A stretch of 63,928 nucleotides of DNA, the filler included, from Octopus bimaculoides (Eukaryota), in the NCBI RefSeq assembly GCF_001194135.2. It is 5 parts of 3 records of this genome, joined end to end, with 100 filler letters (N's around TTAATTAATTAA, not from the genome) between each part and the next. Parts side by side here need not be neighbours in the genome. Positions count along the whole stretch, not along the records: positions 46,631 to 57,715 come from NC_068996.1; positions 57,816 to 62,066 come from NC_068989.1; positions 62,167 to 63,928 come from NC_068989.1; 2 more parts are not named here. One strand, 5' to 3'. This document shows, piece by piece, positions 51,595-63,928 of this stretch. Position numbers and translations under genes: made by a program. The stretch's first letter is position 1; every line of letters starts with the position of its first letter. Below the pieces are notes generated by a model. The model was not told where the DNA came from, did not search any database, and saw nothing but the letters and a program-made list of their open reading frames with translations.

Positions 51595-52051
51595 NNNNNN
51601 NNNNNNNNNNNNNNNNNNNNNNNNNNNNNNNNNNNNNNNNNNNNNNNNNNNNNNNNNNNNNNNNNNNNNNNNNNNNNNNNNNNNNNNNNNNNNNNNNNNN
51701 NNNNNNNNNNNNNNNNNNNNNNNNNNNNNNNNNNNNNNNNNNNNNNNNNNNNNNNNNNNNNNNNNNNNNNNNNNNNNNNNNNNNNNNNNNNNNNNNNNNN
51801 NNNNNNNNNNNNNNNNNNNNNNNNNNNNNNNNNNNNNNNNNNNATATATACATACATATATATATGTATGTATGTATATATGGATGGATGAATGCATGCA
51901 TGTATAATATAATATAATATGAATATGCATCATACGTATGTGCATACATATCTATCTATCTATTAATCAATCAATCAATCTATATATCTATCGATAGACA
52001 GACAGACAGACAGACAGATAGATAGATAGATAGATAGACAAACAGACAGAT

Positions 52052-52112
<61 letters not shown>

Positions 52113-53104
52113 CAGATAGATAGATAAATAGACTTAATGGGGTTTAAAATTTACGACAGATGTTGCGGTAGAATTTTATTGATGCATTCATAATTACGTC
52201 ATAGCATAAAGCCATCGTTTTCTGGTAAAATTTTAAACAGGAAGAAACAGGTAACATGATGAATAAGTATTTAACATGTTAGTTGTTTGTTGAATCAAGG
52301 TTTCTCTGTTTGTACCAGTTTTAAATTTTAGCTGAAAATGGTGAATTTATGCTATGATGTAATTTATGAATGCATCAATAAAATGCTACTGAAACAGCTG
52401 TAGTAAGTTTTAAACCCCATTTGTGTTCCTTTTATACATACACTACACCTGGAACCAGCCCTGAGTCGACCTACGGTTAAAATTGGATTTTATACTTACA
52501 TCTAAATATATCTGTAGTATACTACCAACACATGGTTGTTTTAGCTCACTGTGAACTCAATGTGTTAGTACCTGGTCAATCCTGACATCCTACGTGCTGA
52601 TGCGCCACACACACACACACATACACACACATACATACATACATAAACATATATACATACATACATAAACATATATTTTATTGAAGGCGAAAAGATTTCA
52701 CAAATTCTGGACCAGAATCCCAGATAACCGAGCACCGGACAGTCGTGTGGTATATTTTTTTTTTAACAATATGGTGGTTTATAAATGTTTGTAAATAGTG
52801 ATAAATATTCAAACTCATCATTTAAAGCTGACTGAACTGGCAATTATTACTTTAGAGAATAAGAACCTGCTTGAGGAAAACGATTGCATGTTTGTGTGTA
52901 TCCAAAAGAAGGGTGCGCAGTCACGTACGGAGAAGTTAGATATTCCCTACGTATTTCTAAATAACCTTCAGCACTAAGGCAAGACTCTTCTCCCTGATAG
53001 GAATATTCCAAACAAACCAAACTACCAGCCTCTTCAGGGCTCACCTCTCTCACCTACCTTTTGTTTAACAACTCCCCTACTCAACTCTCGCAGTTCGTTA
53101 TCCA

Positions 53105-53375
53105 TGATGAAGATGATGATGATGATGATGATAGGAGGAGGAGCAGCAGCAAGATGGGCAGGAGGGGGAGCAGGAGGAGGAGCAGGAAGAGGAGGAGGAG
53201 CAGGAGCAGGAGGAGCAGGAAAAGGAGGAAGAGGAGGAGCAGGAGCAGGAGGAGCAGGAAGAGGAGGAAGAGGAGCAGGAGGAGCAGGAAGAGGACGAGG
53301 AGCAGGAGAAGCAGGAGGAGGAGCAGGAGAAGCAGGAGGAGGAGCAGGAGGGGGAGCAGGAAGAGAAGGAGGAGA
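53105..53375. repeat. (GAT)n plus purine-rich (GGA/GCA) low-complexity repeat
   Basis: aggagcaggagg-type units, which account for the poly-R/G/P/L ORFs. Confidence 0.9.
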
Positions 53376-53559
53376 GTTTGGCAGCAAAGAAAACTGTACC
53401 TCCTTGTTACACATATACAACATATTTTGCCCGCACCAGCAAACCTGCTCAGGGTTATATGCAAATTCCTCGATTGCAATCTCCAATCAAAATGAAAGAA
53501 TTAGTCCTCTCACAGCGACCCTTTTCGCTGCTTGCTGGTACCAACATCTAAGATATTTG

Positions 53560-55230
53560 ACTGGTCTGTAGAAGTGGAAACTTCTACAGAAACAGTGATA
53601 TTGACAGGCTTTTAACTAAGAAGAGAGAAAGGAGGGAATGGATTGAGATCAGTGCAGGCAGCCTTCGAATATCGTATAGTCTCTCTCAAACAGCACTCAA
53701 GAAACAACAGCCGTAAAAATAAAAACATGGACTCAATATTGAAAAGCAAAGAGAGCAACATCCTTGATGTTGGCAGTGAACTTCTCGGCGGGACCGATTT
53801 TAAGACAGATTTTTTCAAATTAGGCCCCGCGCCAAGAGAAGGCCCTGTACACACTCTCGAGTGGAGGACGCTACAGTGAATTTAAACATTTCTCAATGTT
53901 TTTATTGCTTTGAGGATTTACTTGACAGTGTCCGTAACAGACGCGTCAGGTGAAAAAAGTTTGTCAAAACTAAAAATGATTTAGAAAGACTTTAAAAACC
54001 CAACAAATTATTATTTTTTTTTTTTTTGGAAGGCCTTTTCACAAACAGTATGTAATTATCTTGTAATAAAACATAAAAACTTTCATATGCGCTTTCAATT
54101 AATTGTAGTATATCAATGCGGCAAATGGTGAAGCTTCAAGCCTTAATCCTTCAACGCTTTTTGGCTGGGACTGGCATAAAAACATCAATCTTCAGCCTTT
54201 GTAAAGAAGAGAGTCCCACTGATGATTCTCTAATTGTGCCCCGCACTTTCTAGTGCCGGCTCTGCACCTCAGGAAGCACTTTCTTCCTGATGACCTCCCA
54301 TACAACTCCAAAACAGTCAGACTAACATTCACCATAGAAGACCTGAATGGGAAACGCTCAACATACCAAAAATATTTAAAAACAAAAAAGACTTTACATA
54401 CATATGTTTCCGAAAGACTTCAAGGAGACAGTAATATTGGCATAAAGCAAAGTCTCTCTTTCATGAGTGACCAGTACATCACATGACACTTCGAAGGCTA
54501 TGTATTTACAATCCAAGAAGAGGAGACTGCTATTAAATACCAAATGAACAGACGATAGAGAAACCCTTGGAGTTCCAAGAGGCAAATAAAAATGTAGATT
54601 ATGTCATATTTCTGCTCAAAAATGTCACCAAAGCACAACCTCCCAATGCGCCACGATGTTGTAAAAACAATATTCAATGTTAATGAGAAAAAAGACTGTT
54701 CTGGAATAAATATAAAGAATCCTTGTTATTGAATACATACTCAAATAACAGCGGAAGGAATACTGGTGGAACATTCCCATCAAAACATCTGTCAAGTGTA
54801 TACATAACAGACCAGATATTGTTATTTGGGACGGACAAGGAAATTTATGTACCGTCATAGACATCAACTGTCCTACTGATGTGAATATCTCTTTCAAAAT
54901 CAAAGAGAAAGATGATAAATATGAACAAGCGCTTCGAAACCTCCAGTTTCTATATCTCGATCACAAATTCACATTTATACCGATAATAATTGGTGCAATT
55001 GGTTTTTGTAAGTAAATGCTTTAGTGACAATCTGGATCAGCTTAGATTTTCAGAAAAGAAATCAACCAAACTGAATCGCACTTTACAGATGCATTCTGTA
55101 AGCGGAACAGTAAAATTATGTAAGACTTTTCTCAGATTCAAAATGTGACATTGCTTTTGTTATCTACATTTCCTAGATGGAGCTTTGTATCGTTGTTAGA
55201 AACCAGCTTCTTCCTCAGAGGAAGAATTTA
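53560..55230 (+). pseudogene. R4/Dong-like (RLE-type) non-LTR retrotransposon 3' relic, interrupted at ~53.8-54.27 kb
   Basis: NSDIDRL...KGGNGLRSVQAAFEYRIVSL, KCRLC zinc-knuckle remnant, HNRPDIVIWD...IDINCP...EKDDKY...IPIIIGAIG endonuclease motifs. Confidence 0.85.
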
Positions 55231-56224
55231 AACGATTAAATACAGAAGCGACATACATACACACATACATACATACATATATATGATTTTAAATTCTTAA
55301 ATCACTTCTTTAACTTTCTAAGACATCTCAATGCTTCTAAAAGCAAACTTCGTTTGTTTGTTTACGTTTGTCGTAATTTGAATTTATATATATATATATA
55401 TNNNNNNNNNNNNNNNNNNNNNNNNNNNNNNNNNNNNNNNNNNNNNNNNNNNNNNNNNNNNNNNNNNNNNNNNNNNNNNNNNNNNNNNNNNNNNNNNNNN
55501 NNNNNNNNNNNNNNNNNNNNNNNNNNNNNNNNNNNNNNNNNNNNNNNNNNNNNNNNNNNNNNNNNNNNNNNNNNNNNNNNNNNNNNNNNNNNNNNNNNNN
55601 NNNNNNNNNNNNNNNNNNNNNNNNNNNNNNNNNNNNNNNNNNNNNNNNNNNNNNNNNNNNNNNNNNNNNNNNNNNNNNNNNNNNNNNNNNNNNNNNNNNN
55701 NNNNNNNNNNNNNNNNNNNNNNNNNNNNNNNNNNNNNNNNNNNNNNNNNNNNNNNNNNNNNNNNNNNNNNNNNNNNNNNNNNNNNNNNNNNNNNNNNNNN
55801 NNNNNNNNNNNNNNNNNNNNNNNNNNNNNNNNNNNNNNNNNNNNNNNNNNNNNNNNNNNNNNNNNNNNNNNNNNNNNNNNNNNNNNNNNNNNNNNNNNNN
55901 NNNNNNNNNNNNNNNNNNNNNNNNNNNNNNNNNNNNNNNNNNNNNNNNNNNNNNNNNNNNNNNNNNNNNNNNNNNNNNNNNNNNNNNNNNNNNNNNNNNN
56001 NNNNNNNNNNNNNNNNNNNNNNNNNNNNNNNNNNNNNNNNNNNNNNNNNNNNNNNNNNNNNNNNNNNNNNNNNNNNNNNNNNNNNNNNNNNNNNNNNNNN
56101 NNNNNNNNNNNNNNNNNNNNNNNNNNNNNNNNNNNNNNNNNNNNNNNNNNNNNNNNNNNNNNNNNNNNNNNNNNNNNNNNNNNNNNNNNNNNNNNNNNNN
56201 NNNNNNNNNNNNNNNNNNNNNNTA

Positions 56225-56430
56225 TATATATAAGAGGTTTGCTTCCCACCCGCTTCTTAGTCCCACTGCGCCATGGTGTGGTTACATCCTCGTAGCGGTT
56301 CGGCAAAAAAAAACCCGGTAGAGTAAGGAGCAGGCTTAAAACAAGCACTGCGGTCGATTCGTTCGACTAAAATTCATCAAGGTGGTGCCCCAGCATGGCC
56401 GCTGTATGAATGAAACAGGTAAAAGATAAT
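56225..56430. mobile_element. Composite of SINE fragments
   Basis: The tRNA-head-like gtcccactgcg is joined to tagcggttcggcaaa...ggtggtgccccagcatggccgc. Confidence 0.6.
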
Positions 56431-56929
56431 ATATATATATTGTTTAGTAACAGTTTGACTCAGTTCCATACAACCATGCAACTTAAAGTTGATTCGAAGA
56501 GCGAACCTAACTCTTCTGCAATCTATGTAACTCCTAATAAATATTATGAGTGCTACGTTTGTGTTTATGTATGCATATATGATTTCCTTTGAGTTTTTCT
56601 TGAGAGACTTCAAGCCAGTTACTAACAAAGCAACAAGACATTTTGAGTTAAGCGAGTTCATGGTGTTTGTAAATATGTGCGTGAGTTGGTGTGTTAATTA
56701 AACTATCGATGCTCACACCTAAACGTGTACCTCTATTCACAGAAGAATCTCACATGGAAAATCTTTGGAATGTCTCACAAATCTTCACTGTGCCATTAAT
56801 AGATTGAATTTGGAGAATCCGTGTCAGTTTCTTTTGTTTTTTCACTCTGAAACCAAGTATTTCTAGGCTTTTGTGTAAATTTGTTTTTATAAAATAACCT
56901 AATGCCCNNNNNNNNNNTGTGTGATATCA

Positions 56930-57690
56930 TCCACACTGGTATAGCAAAGCCGACATATTTTATCACTGCGTGGAGGTTAGTGGCGCTCTTGTCCCTCTCA
57001 TTTATCAGGTATTTGGTAGCTTCCAGCTGTTCCTGGATAGCGACGGCATATCTCTCCTGGGTGGGATGTAATGTATCTTATCACAGGTCATATTCTCCGA
57101 ATTAAACTTTCGGTCATCAACAAAAAATGTGTACATAGCATTAGCTTTATTGTTTTCTACGTATCCCAGCATGCAGCCTTGACATTTTGTTAACAGGGCT
57201 GACAAGGGATTCTCTGCCAGTACAAATAGCATAGCAAATAAACTATCACTCTGGAATATGCCTGTTGATAGTTTAACTAACTGTGTGGACCCTATTGCAG
57301 TCAGTCTTTCAAGGGCATTCACTTTTGCAGCTGGTACTTTGGTGAGGTGTAGCGATTCTATCGCCCATGAGTGAGGCACAGAGTCGAACACCCTCTTGTA
57401 GTCTAACCATACCATTAAGAGATTACAGCAATGTTGCTTGGCTTCCTTTAGGGAAGCTTTGTTGAGAAGGACTCCTTTCTTTCCTCCTGCCTGTTCACTG
57501 GTTATCACACCATTTGTTTGGCAGTGGTCCTGAAGAAACACATTCAGACAACCTGTGTATAGTTTGTACATAACATTCAGGTATGCTATGGGCCTATAGT
57601 TTTCAGCCACATGGGTCCCTTTGTTCTTGCAGATAAGAATAGCCCATGTGACCATCAGCCAATCTGGTATATCTAGCTCAGCATCCATTG
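56930..57690 (-). pseudogene. Reverse transcriptase fragment of R4/Dong-like LINE
   Basis: ENYRPIAYLNVMYKL, EQAGG, WLDYKRVFDSVPHSW, GIFQSDSL, FFVDD. Confidence 0.9.
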
Positions 57691-58000
57691 ATTTTTTTTT
57701 GATTTTTTTATACAGNNNNNNNNNNNNNNNNNNNNNNNNNNNNNNNNNNNNNNNNNNNNTTAATTAATTAANNNNNNNNNNNNNNNNNNNNNNNNNNNNN
57801 NNNNNNNNNNNNNNNCCCGTAACTACCAAGCCACGCAACTTCGCATGATTTATTTATTCTTACATATATACGGACAGTCTTAAAGCATTACATTTTATTA
57901 TGTATGGTTTCTAATGAATTACACACACTAAATTGTTTTCTTTAATATGGCATTGGACAACTTAAAGCATGTTGCTTAAGTACATCATATAAAGGAAGGA

Positions 58001-58320
58001 ATGTGAAGGCGCCTGGCTTAGTGGTTAGGGCATTCGACTCACGATCGTGAGTTCGATTCCCGGCGACGCGTTGTGCCCTTGAGCAAGACGCTTTATTTCA
58101 CGTTGCTCCAGTCCACTCAGCTAGCAAAAATGAGTTGTACCTGTATCTCAAAGGGCCGGCCTTGTCACGCTATGTGTCACGCTGAGTGTCCCTGAGAACT
58201 ACGTTAGGGGTACACGTGTCTGTGGATTGCTCAGTCACTCGCACGTTAATTTCACGAGCAGGCTGTTCCGTTGATCGTATCAGCTGGGACCCTCCTCGTC
58301 GTAACCGACGGAGTGCTCCT
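58001..58320 (+). mobile_element. Full-length tRNA-derived SINE with 13-bp target-site duplication
   Basis: A box TGGCTTAGTGG at 58014-58024, B box GTTCGATTCC at 58051-58060, TSD tataaaggaagga at 57988-58000 and 58321-58333. Confidence 0.92.
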
Positions 58321-58856
58321 TATAAAGGAAGGAGTCCTATCCGAAGATAAAATCCAACAGCTAAAAGCCTTGATTGCGTAAAACCTGGGCTTTACGCATT
58401 AAAAGTGAGCATTCACTTCATTATTTTATGAATTTTATATATATTGATGTTGTTTAACCAATGCATATTACAAACCTGCCATCTTCTTTTATCATATTGT
58501 TTTATATCAACTGCCATTTTATTGAAAGGTTCTGTATTAGTCAATAAATAAACCATAACTATTATTACAACATTTCTGTAATTATACTTATCTGTGTATG
58601 GTTTGTAACTTCCTAACAAATAGAAAATGGATGTATTAAGTCAGGTAATCGTTGCTACTTATATAATATCGATCACATACTATAATAATAATTTATCATT
58701 TGTCAGCGATTCTTTCAACATAAATTTATAAACGCGTTTATGAAAGATTGCGATGGTTTGTCAACATGCACGTGTCTGCAGGTGTGTGTGTGTGTGTGTG
58801 TGTGTGTCAGTGTGCGTGTTCTGTGAATGTGTGCTTGCTCTGTGAATGTGTGCGTG

Positions 58857-58897
<41 letters not shown>

Positions 58898-59779
58898 CTG
58901 TGAATGTGTGCGTGTTGTGTGTGTGTGTCAGTGTGCGTGTTCTGTGAATGTGTGCATGTTGTGTGTGCGTGTGTGATTGTTTGACTTTGTAAAACAGGAA
59001 CGGCAATGTGGAGGAGTATGTTTGCAATTGTTGTTTAGTCACCGTCGAAGATGATGACGGCGGCGACGGGGGGAGGGGATGAGAAGAGTAGATGGAGGAT
59101 AGTGATGATGATAATGATGACGACGACCACGNNNNNNNNNNNNNNNNNNNNNNNNNNNNNNNNNNNNNNNNNNNNNNNNNNNNNNNNNNNNNNNNNNNNN
59201 NNNNNNNNNNNNNNNNNNNNNNNNNNNNNNNNNNNNNNNNNNNNNNNNNNNNNNNNNNNNNNNNNNNNNNNNNNNNNNNNNNNNNNNNGGTGGTGGTGGT
59301 GAGGAGGAGGAGGAGGAGGAGGAGGAGGAGGAGAAGAAGAAGAAGAAGAAGAAGAACAACAACAACAACAACAATTGGCTGAATGTGAATTAGCTTTGTT
59401 ATTAGCCGTGTTATGCTGCTTTTGTGACTTAAATACAAGTGAAACAACATACAACTAAAATCAATAAACTTCATAAGTACATTGTACTGTATATGGAGTA
59501 TTAATCGTGTCATGTGACTGCCCTACTGATCTGTTTGAATGACAAGCAATTAGACTGTTAGCGATAGAATAACGAGTGATATAGATGAGAGTGAGGTGGC
59601 AGTGATGGGTAGGTCGGTTGGTAGGTTATTAGATTGATGGGAAGAGGCCTCATATAAGTCAGTAATGACATTCACCCACCTGACCTTCGTTAGTGAAACT
59701 TTTACTCTCTGGTAATGTTTCAATTACAGCAAAGGTAAACTACTTTTGATACTATTAGCAACAACAACAACGACAACAG

Positions 59780-59990
59780 TTTCGAATTCAGGCACCGACA
59801 ATTTTCAGGGGACGAGTCTTGTTGATATGCATCGAACTCGGTACATAACTAGTGTATTATGCACTCTAAAGGGATGGGAGGCAAAGTTCACCTCGGCGAG
59901 ATCCGAGCTTAGAACGTAAAGGGTTCGAATAAATAAGGTAAGTCGCTTTTTCCCGATGCTGTAACGATTCTACCAAATTTGTGTTGATGA
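59780..59990 (-). mobile_element. Diverged tRNA-headed SINE
   Basis: ggcaaagttcacctcggcgagatccgagcttagaacgtaaag. Confidence 0.6.
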
Positions 59991-60059
59991 TAACGGTAAG
60001 TAAATGGTTCTATATTTTGCCGATCCAGGAACAATAACAACAACAATAATAATAATAAT

Positions 60060-61390
60060 AGTGGACTAGTAGGGAAAAGGGAAGGAAGAACACAATAGAA
60101 CAGCAGATATGGACCACCATCACAGGCCAAGAGATCACGGACACACTGAGGAGTACCAACAACTCCTGGAAAATTCCAGGTATAGACAAGGTCTCTAACT
60201 TCTGGTTGAAACACCTCACCAGTACCCGTAACCACTTAGTGGGATAGTTCAATTTATTGATAAGTGAACCAGACTCAGCACCAAACTGGACCCTAGTCAA
60301 TACCAAACACCACCCACAAAGTTACAGACCAATAACATACCTATCAACATCCTACAAAACCCTAACATCAGTCATCTATAACCGGCTTATAAAGCACCTG
60401 GAAAACAACAATGATTTACCAGAAGAACAAAAAGGGTACCGGAGAGGGACGTATGGCTATAAGGAACAACTTCTGGTAAATCGAGCAATTATTGAGGACC
60501 GTGAGAGGAGAAAGACAAATCTGAATATGGCTTAGACGGATTACCAGAAAGCATTCGACAGTGTTCCATAATCCTGGATACTGGAATCATTCCACACAAA
60601 TAAGGTAGACCCACTACTACTAAAATATGTTAAACATGCAATGGCAAACTGAGAAACCAGTATAACATTAAAAAATTACTTACAGTTTATTAGAACCTAC
60701 ACTATACCCATAAAAAGAGGGATTTTCCAGTGGGATTCACAGTCAACCCTGCTTTTCTGCCTTTCTCTTACCCCGCTAACAAACATGTTAAACGAAACCA
60801 CCATGAGTTATAGGTGCTACGGACAAAAAATAAGACATCTCCTATACAGGGATGACATAAAACTTTTCGTTAAGAGTACCATGGGAGAGAGAAACCTAAT
60901 CAAAATTGTTCTGAGTTACAGCAATGACATCAGAATGAGCATGGGGCTGGACAAATGTGCCAAAGTCACACTGAGAAAAGGCAAAATATTCAGCACTGAA
61001 AACACTGCACTTGACATAGACACAGAAATTAGAGAGTTAGACCACAACCGCCTGTACAAATACAGCACACAGAAATGTAAGAGAATACTAGGAGAGTATT
61101 ACAGAAGGGTTGCACTGATATTAAACACTGAACTTTACGCTAGTCGTACCGGTCATAAATTACATCATTAACATAATAAACTGGAAGATCAGTAAATTGA
61201 AAAACCTAGATGGAAAACTACTAACAGCGTACCGAAGTCACCACACCAAAGCAGATGTAGACAAAATATATCTACCCTGCTCAGAAGTGGGGGGGGGGGC
61301 GTAGCCTGATACAGATAGAAAACTACTACAAAATAACAACAGTTGGACTAGCAAAGTACTTAGAAACATGAAGTAAAGCAACTTGAGAAG
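60060..61390 (+). pseudogene. Reverse transcriptase relic of R4/Dong-like LINE
   Basis: SYRPITYLSTSYK, EEQKGYRRG, DYQKAFDSVP, KRGIFQ.DS, HLLYRDDIKLF, GLDKCAK. Several stops. Confidence 0.9.
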
Positions 61391-61399
61391 AAAAAAAAC

Positions 61400-61934
61400 G
61401 CTTTTCTCTATGGCTTCTTATCTTATCTGACTGGAAGTGTTATCATGTACAGTGTTTTGTCTTAGTATAAAAAATGGGCTACAATAAATATTTTGCTCAA
61501 TACCACAGATTTGCTTGTTAGTAGTTTGACCTTAACCAGTTGAGCATGTCCCTTGGTGGTTGACGATATGTTCATCTCTGATTATGAGCAGAAGTAGTGG
61601 GGGAGCATCATAGCCATGTGTTGAGATGAATTCTTTGGGGTTTGAATAATTCACCTTTGGGGGACATGGGTATTTCGTCCAACATCCTTAAACAATCCTT
61701 ATTCAGGGACCTTTTGAGCGGGATGGGCTACTCGACCTGAAGGAAATTCTAACTGAGCCCCACCTCCAAGGTCATGCGCTGTTTATCTTGATATGAGATC
61801 GCCATGTTGCGCACATATGGTTGTGATGCATGTGCCTGGTGTACCCTTATCAGACGGGTAGTCATGATGAATATACTGGGCTTCGTATATTTTACCCCAG
61901 TGCTAATTTGAGGACATGTATTGCTCTCTCATTC

Positions 61935-61985
<51 letters not shown>
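61400..61985 (+). mobile_element. Non-coding retroposon-like repeat with (AAT)n tail
   Basis: About 530 bp of non-coding sequence ending ...ctctctcattc(aat)n, lying between LINE fragments. Confidence 0.45.
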
Positions 61986-61986
<1 letters not shown>

Positions 61987-61988
<2 letters not shown>

Positions 61989-62066
61989 GAAACATAACAA
62001 GTAACTGTAGAATATGTGGAGTTGGACAAGAAACAATAAATCATATTATCTCTGGCTGCCCAGTCC
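61987..62066 (+). pseudogene. CCHC zinc knuckle of RLE-type LINE
   Basis: NCRICGVGQETINHIISGCPV. Confidence 0.8.
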
Positions 62067-62166
62067 NNNNNNNNNNNNNNNNNNNNNNNNNNNNNNNNNN
62101 NNNNNNNNNNTTAATTAATTAANNNNNNNNNNNNNNNNNNNNNNNNNNNNNNNNNNNNNNNNNNNN

Positions 62167-62201
<35 letters not shown>

Positions 62202-62988
62202 TATATGAAAGTCTCAGTGTTGCTAGTTTAGAGAATTTAGACTTGGTCAGTATTTTCTTATGAAGTGTATTTCCTTGCTAATGCGTTCATTTTGGTTAGC
62301 ATTGTCTTTTACTTTGTATTCTTCCCAACTAGCTAACCACTTGTACAAGCTGAGAACAACCTAGTGCTTATGCTCAGCTACGGGGAGGTTCTTGACTTCA
62401 ACACCCAGAGCCATCTCAGTTGAACGTGGCCTCAAACTAGACATGTGTGTTTGAAGTCTTCTTCCAAAAGATAGCCAGGGTCATCAAGTGAATGGTGTAA
62501 TATATTTCCCTACCTTGCTGGGTTCACAGCTTGAGCAGCAACTGTCTGTTATCATTCATTTTACCCACACCAAAATGTCTTGGTCTACACCGACTCTACC
62601 TTTCTTCTGGGGATAAAGAAAAGCGCCGGAACATAAAAGGTCACAGGGGTGATTGGGCTTATGGAGGTATTTTAGTGAAGATCCAAGAGCAACTTTGATA
62701 TAAGCGATAGTTCAGCAGTAATCAATAAGTTGCTACTTCTATGAAGCAAATTCCACGCTTTCCAAACTAATCAGAAACTTTCCCATTGATAGATGAACAT
62801 AAATAAATTTTGTTTTAACTTATTTTATTTTTGATTCTTTGTAAATCAACTTATACGAAAATTGTTCTTCATTGTAACCGAAAATTCTCGTATATGCGAG
62901 TAACTACAGACAACTACCAAAATGTATTCTAATCGAAATAAGCGAAACGGAGATAAAAAAAAAAACGAGGTACCATTTGACAAGTCAT

Positions 62989-63079
62989 CTGACGAGACGT
63001 AGCTGCACCAATAGCGCACCACAACTGTTTCTAGAGCATCTCACCTGCGAGGGATCGATGCTCGGTGGGTCGAAACGTC
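62989..63079 (+). ncRNA. Hammerhead-like core with extended stem II, stem I not evident
   Basis: CTGACGA-GAC...GTC-GAAAC-GTC with an internal GAGCATC/GATGCTC hairpin. AATAAA follows at ~63090. Confidence 0.4.
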
Positions 63080-63928
63080 CATAGTGATTAATAAAGAATC
63101 TTGTGAATTCCATTTTCATTTCCTTTCTCTCATATTTTAAAAACACTATGGAGACGAAGAAATTCCTGAAGCAAATCCCGTGGCATTTAAATCCATACTG
63201 TTGATGACATCAGGTAGTCGAATAGAGCGAAAGAGCTTTAAACGGAATATTACAATGTATTTACATATGTATGTATGTATGTGTGTGTGTTTGTATGTAT
63301 GTATGTTTGTATGTATATATGTATGTATGTATATATGTATGTGTCTCTGTGTGTATTCATTGATTTTATGACTACTTAAGGAAGACAATTATACTTCTGT
63401 TACTATATGTCTATATGCATGTGCTTTTCTGTATGCATGTACGTATATGTTTATATGCGTGAGAACAAATATATAAAATTGATACAGCATATATGTGTTT
63501 ACATGTACTTTCATAGATATGCATATAAAGATTTGTGCGTGAATGTATTGCTGTCGATCAGTTTCTATATTTATACAAAATTATATTTAATCACTAGCTG
63601 TGAGTTGTGTGTATGAATAATAATGTATTGGTTGCGTTTGAACGAATGTGAAAATACACACATACACACATACTCACACACATACACAAACACACATACA
63701 CAAACACACATACACAAACACACATACACAAACACACAGATATGTATACGTATATATTTACATACATATATACATACACGCATATATATGTGTGTGTATG
63801 TGTGTATATATATATGTGTGTGTATATACATTTGTATATATATTTATATATATGTATACATCACACACGTACACATATATGTGTGCATATGTATTGTATG
63901 TATATATATATATGTGTGTGTGTGTGTG

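Noticed and set aside
53034-53571. Pro-, Arg/Ser-, Gly/Ala- and Leu-rich ORFs of 130-155 aa
   Set aside because: All frames are open only because of the purine-rich simple repeat, and there is no domain signal.
53785-54268. hAT-like MITE interrupting the R4-like LINE
   Set aside because: The ends resemble CAGGGCCGGC-type termini, but the TIR match is poor and no TSD was found. Noted only as an interruption.
58003-58075. tRNA gene
   Set aside because: A and B boxes are present, but there is no complete cloverleaf and the sequence continues into a SINE body bounded by a TSD.

Overview
Repeat-dense, AT-rich eukaryotic genomic DNA with many assembly gaps. The (TA)n/(CA)n microsatellite load and SINE families look like an octopod cephalopod; this is inference, not confirmed. 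No intact host gene, rRNA, tRNA gene or CRISPR array can be supported, and most ORF-track entries are microsatellite or gap read-throughs. Supported content: many tRNA-headed SINE copies, RTE and R4/Dong-like (restriction-like endonuclease) LINE relics, a decayed hAT/Buster transposase, an internally deleted mariner, Helitron-like termini, MITEs and foldbacks. Two items stand out. (1) A set of minimal type I hammerhead ribozyme motifs in Penelope-like fragments: one essentially intact at 1182-1227, and three on the minus strand within 46.9-48.5 kb. (2) A 1.75 kb ISL2EU/PHIS-like DNA transposon (43678-45427, imperfect TIRs, AT duplication) that keeps two convergent open ORFs, one SAP-domain and one THAP-domain, each preceded by the same 13-bp motif. 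Also noted: several long hairpins, a CpG-depleted block at about 29-45 kb, and synthetic N44-TTAATTAATTAA-N44 scaffold spacers.
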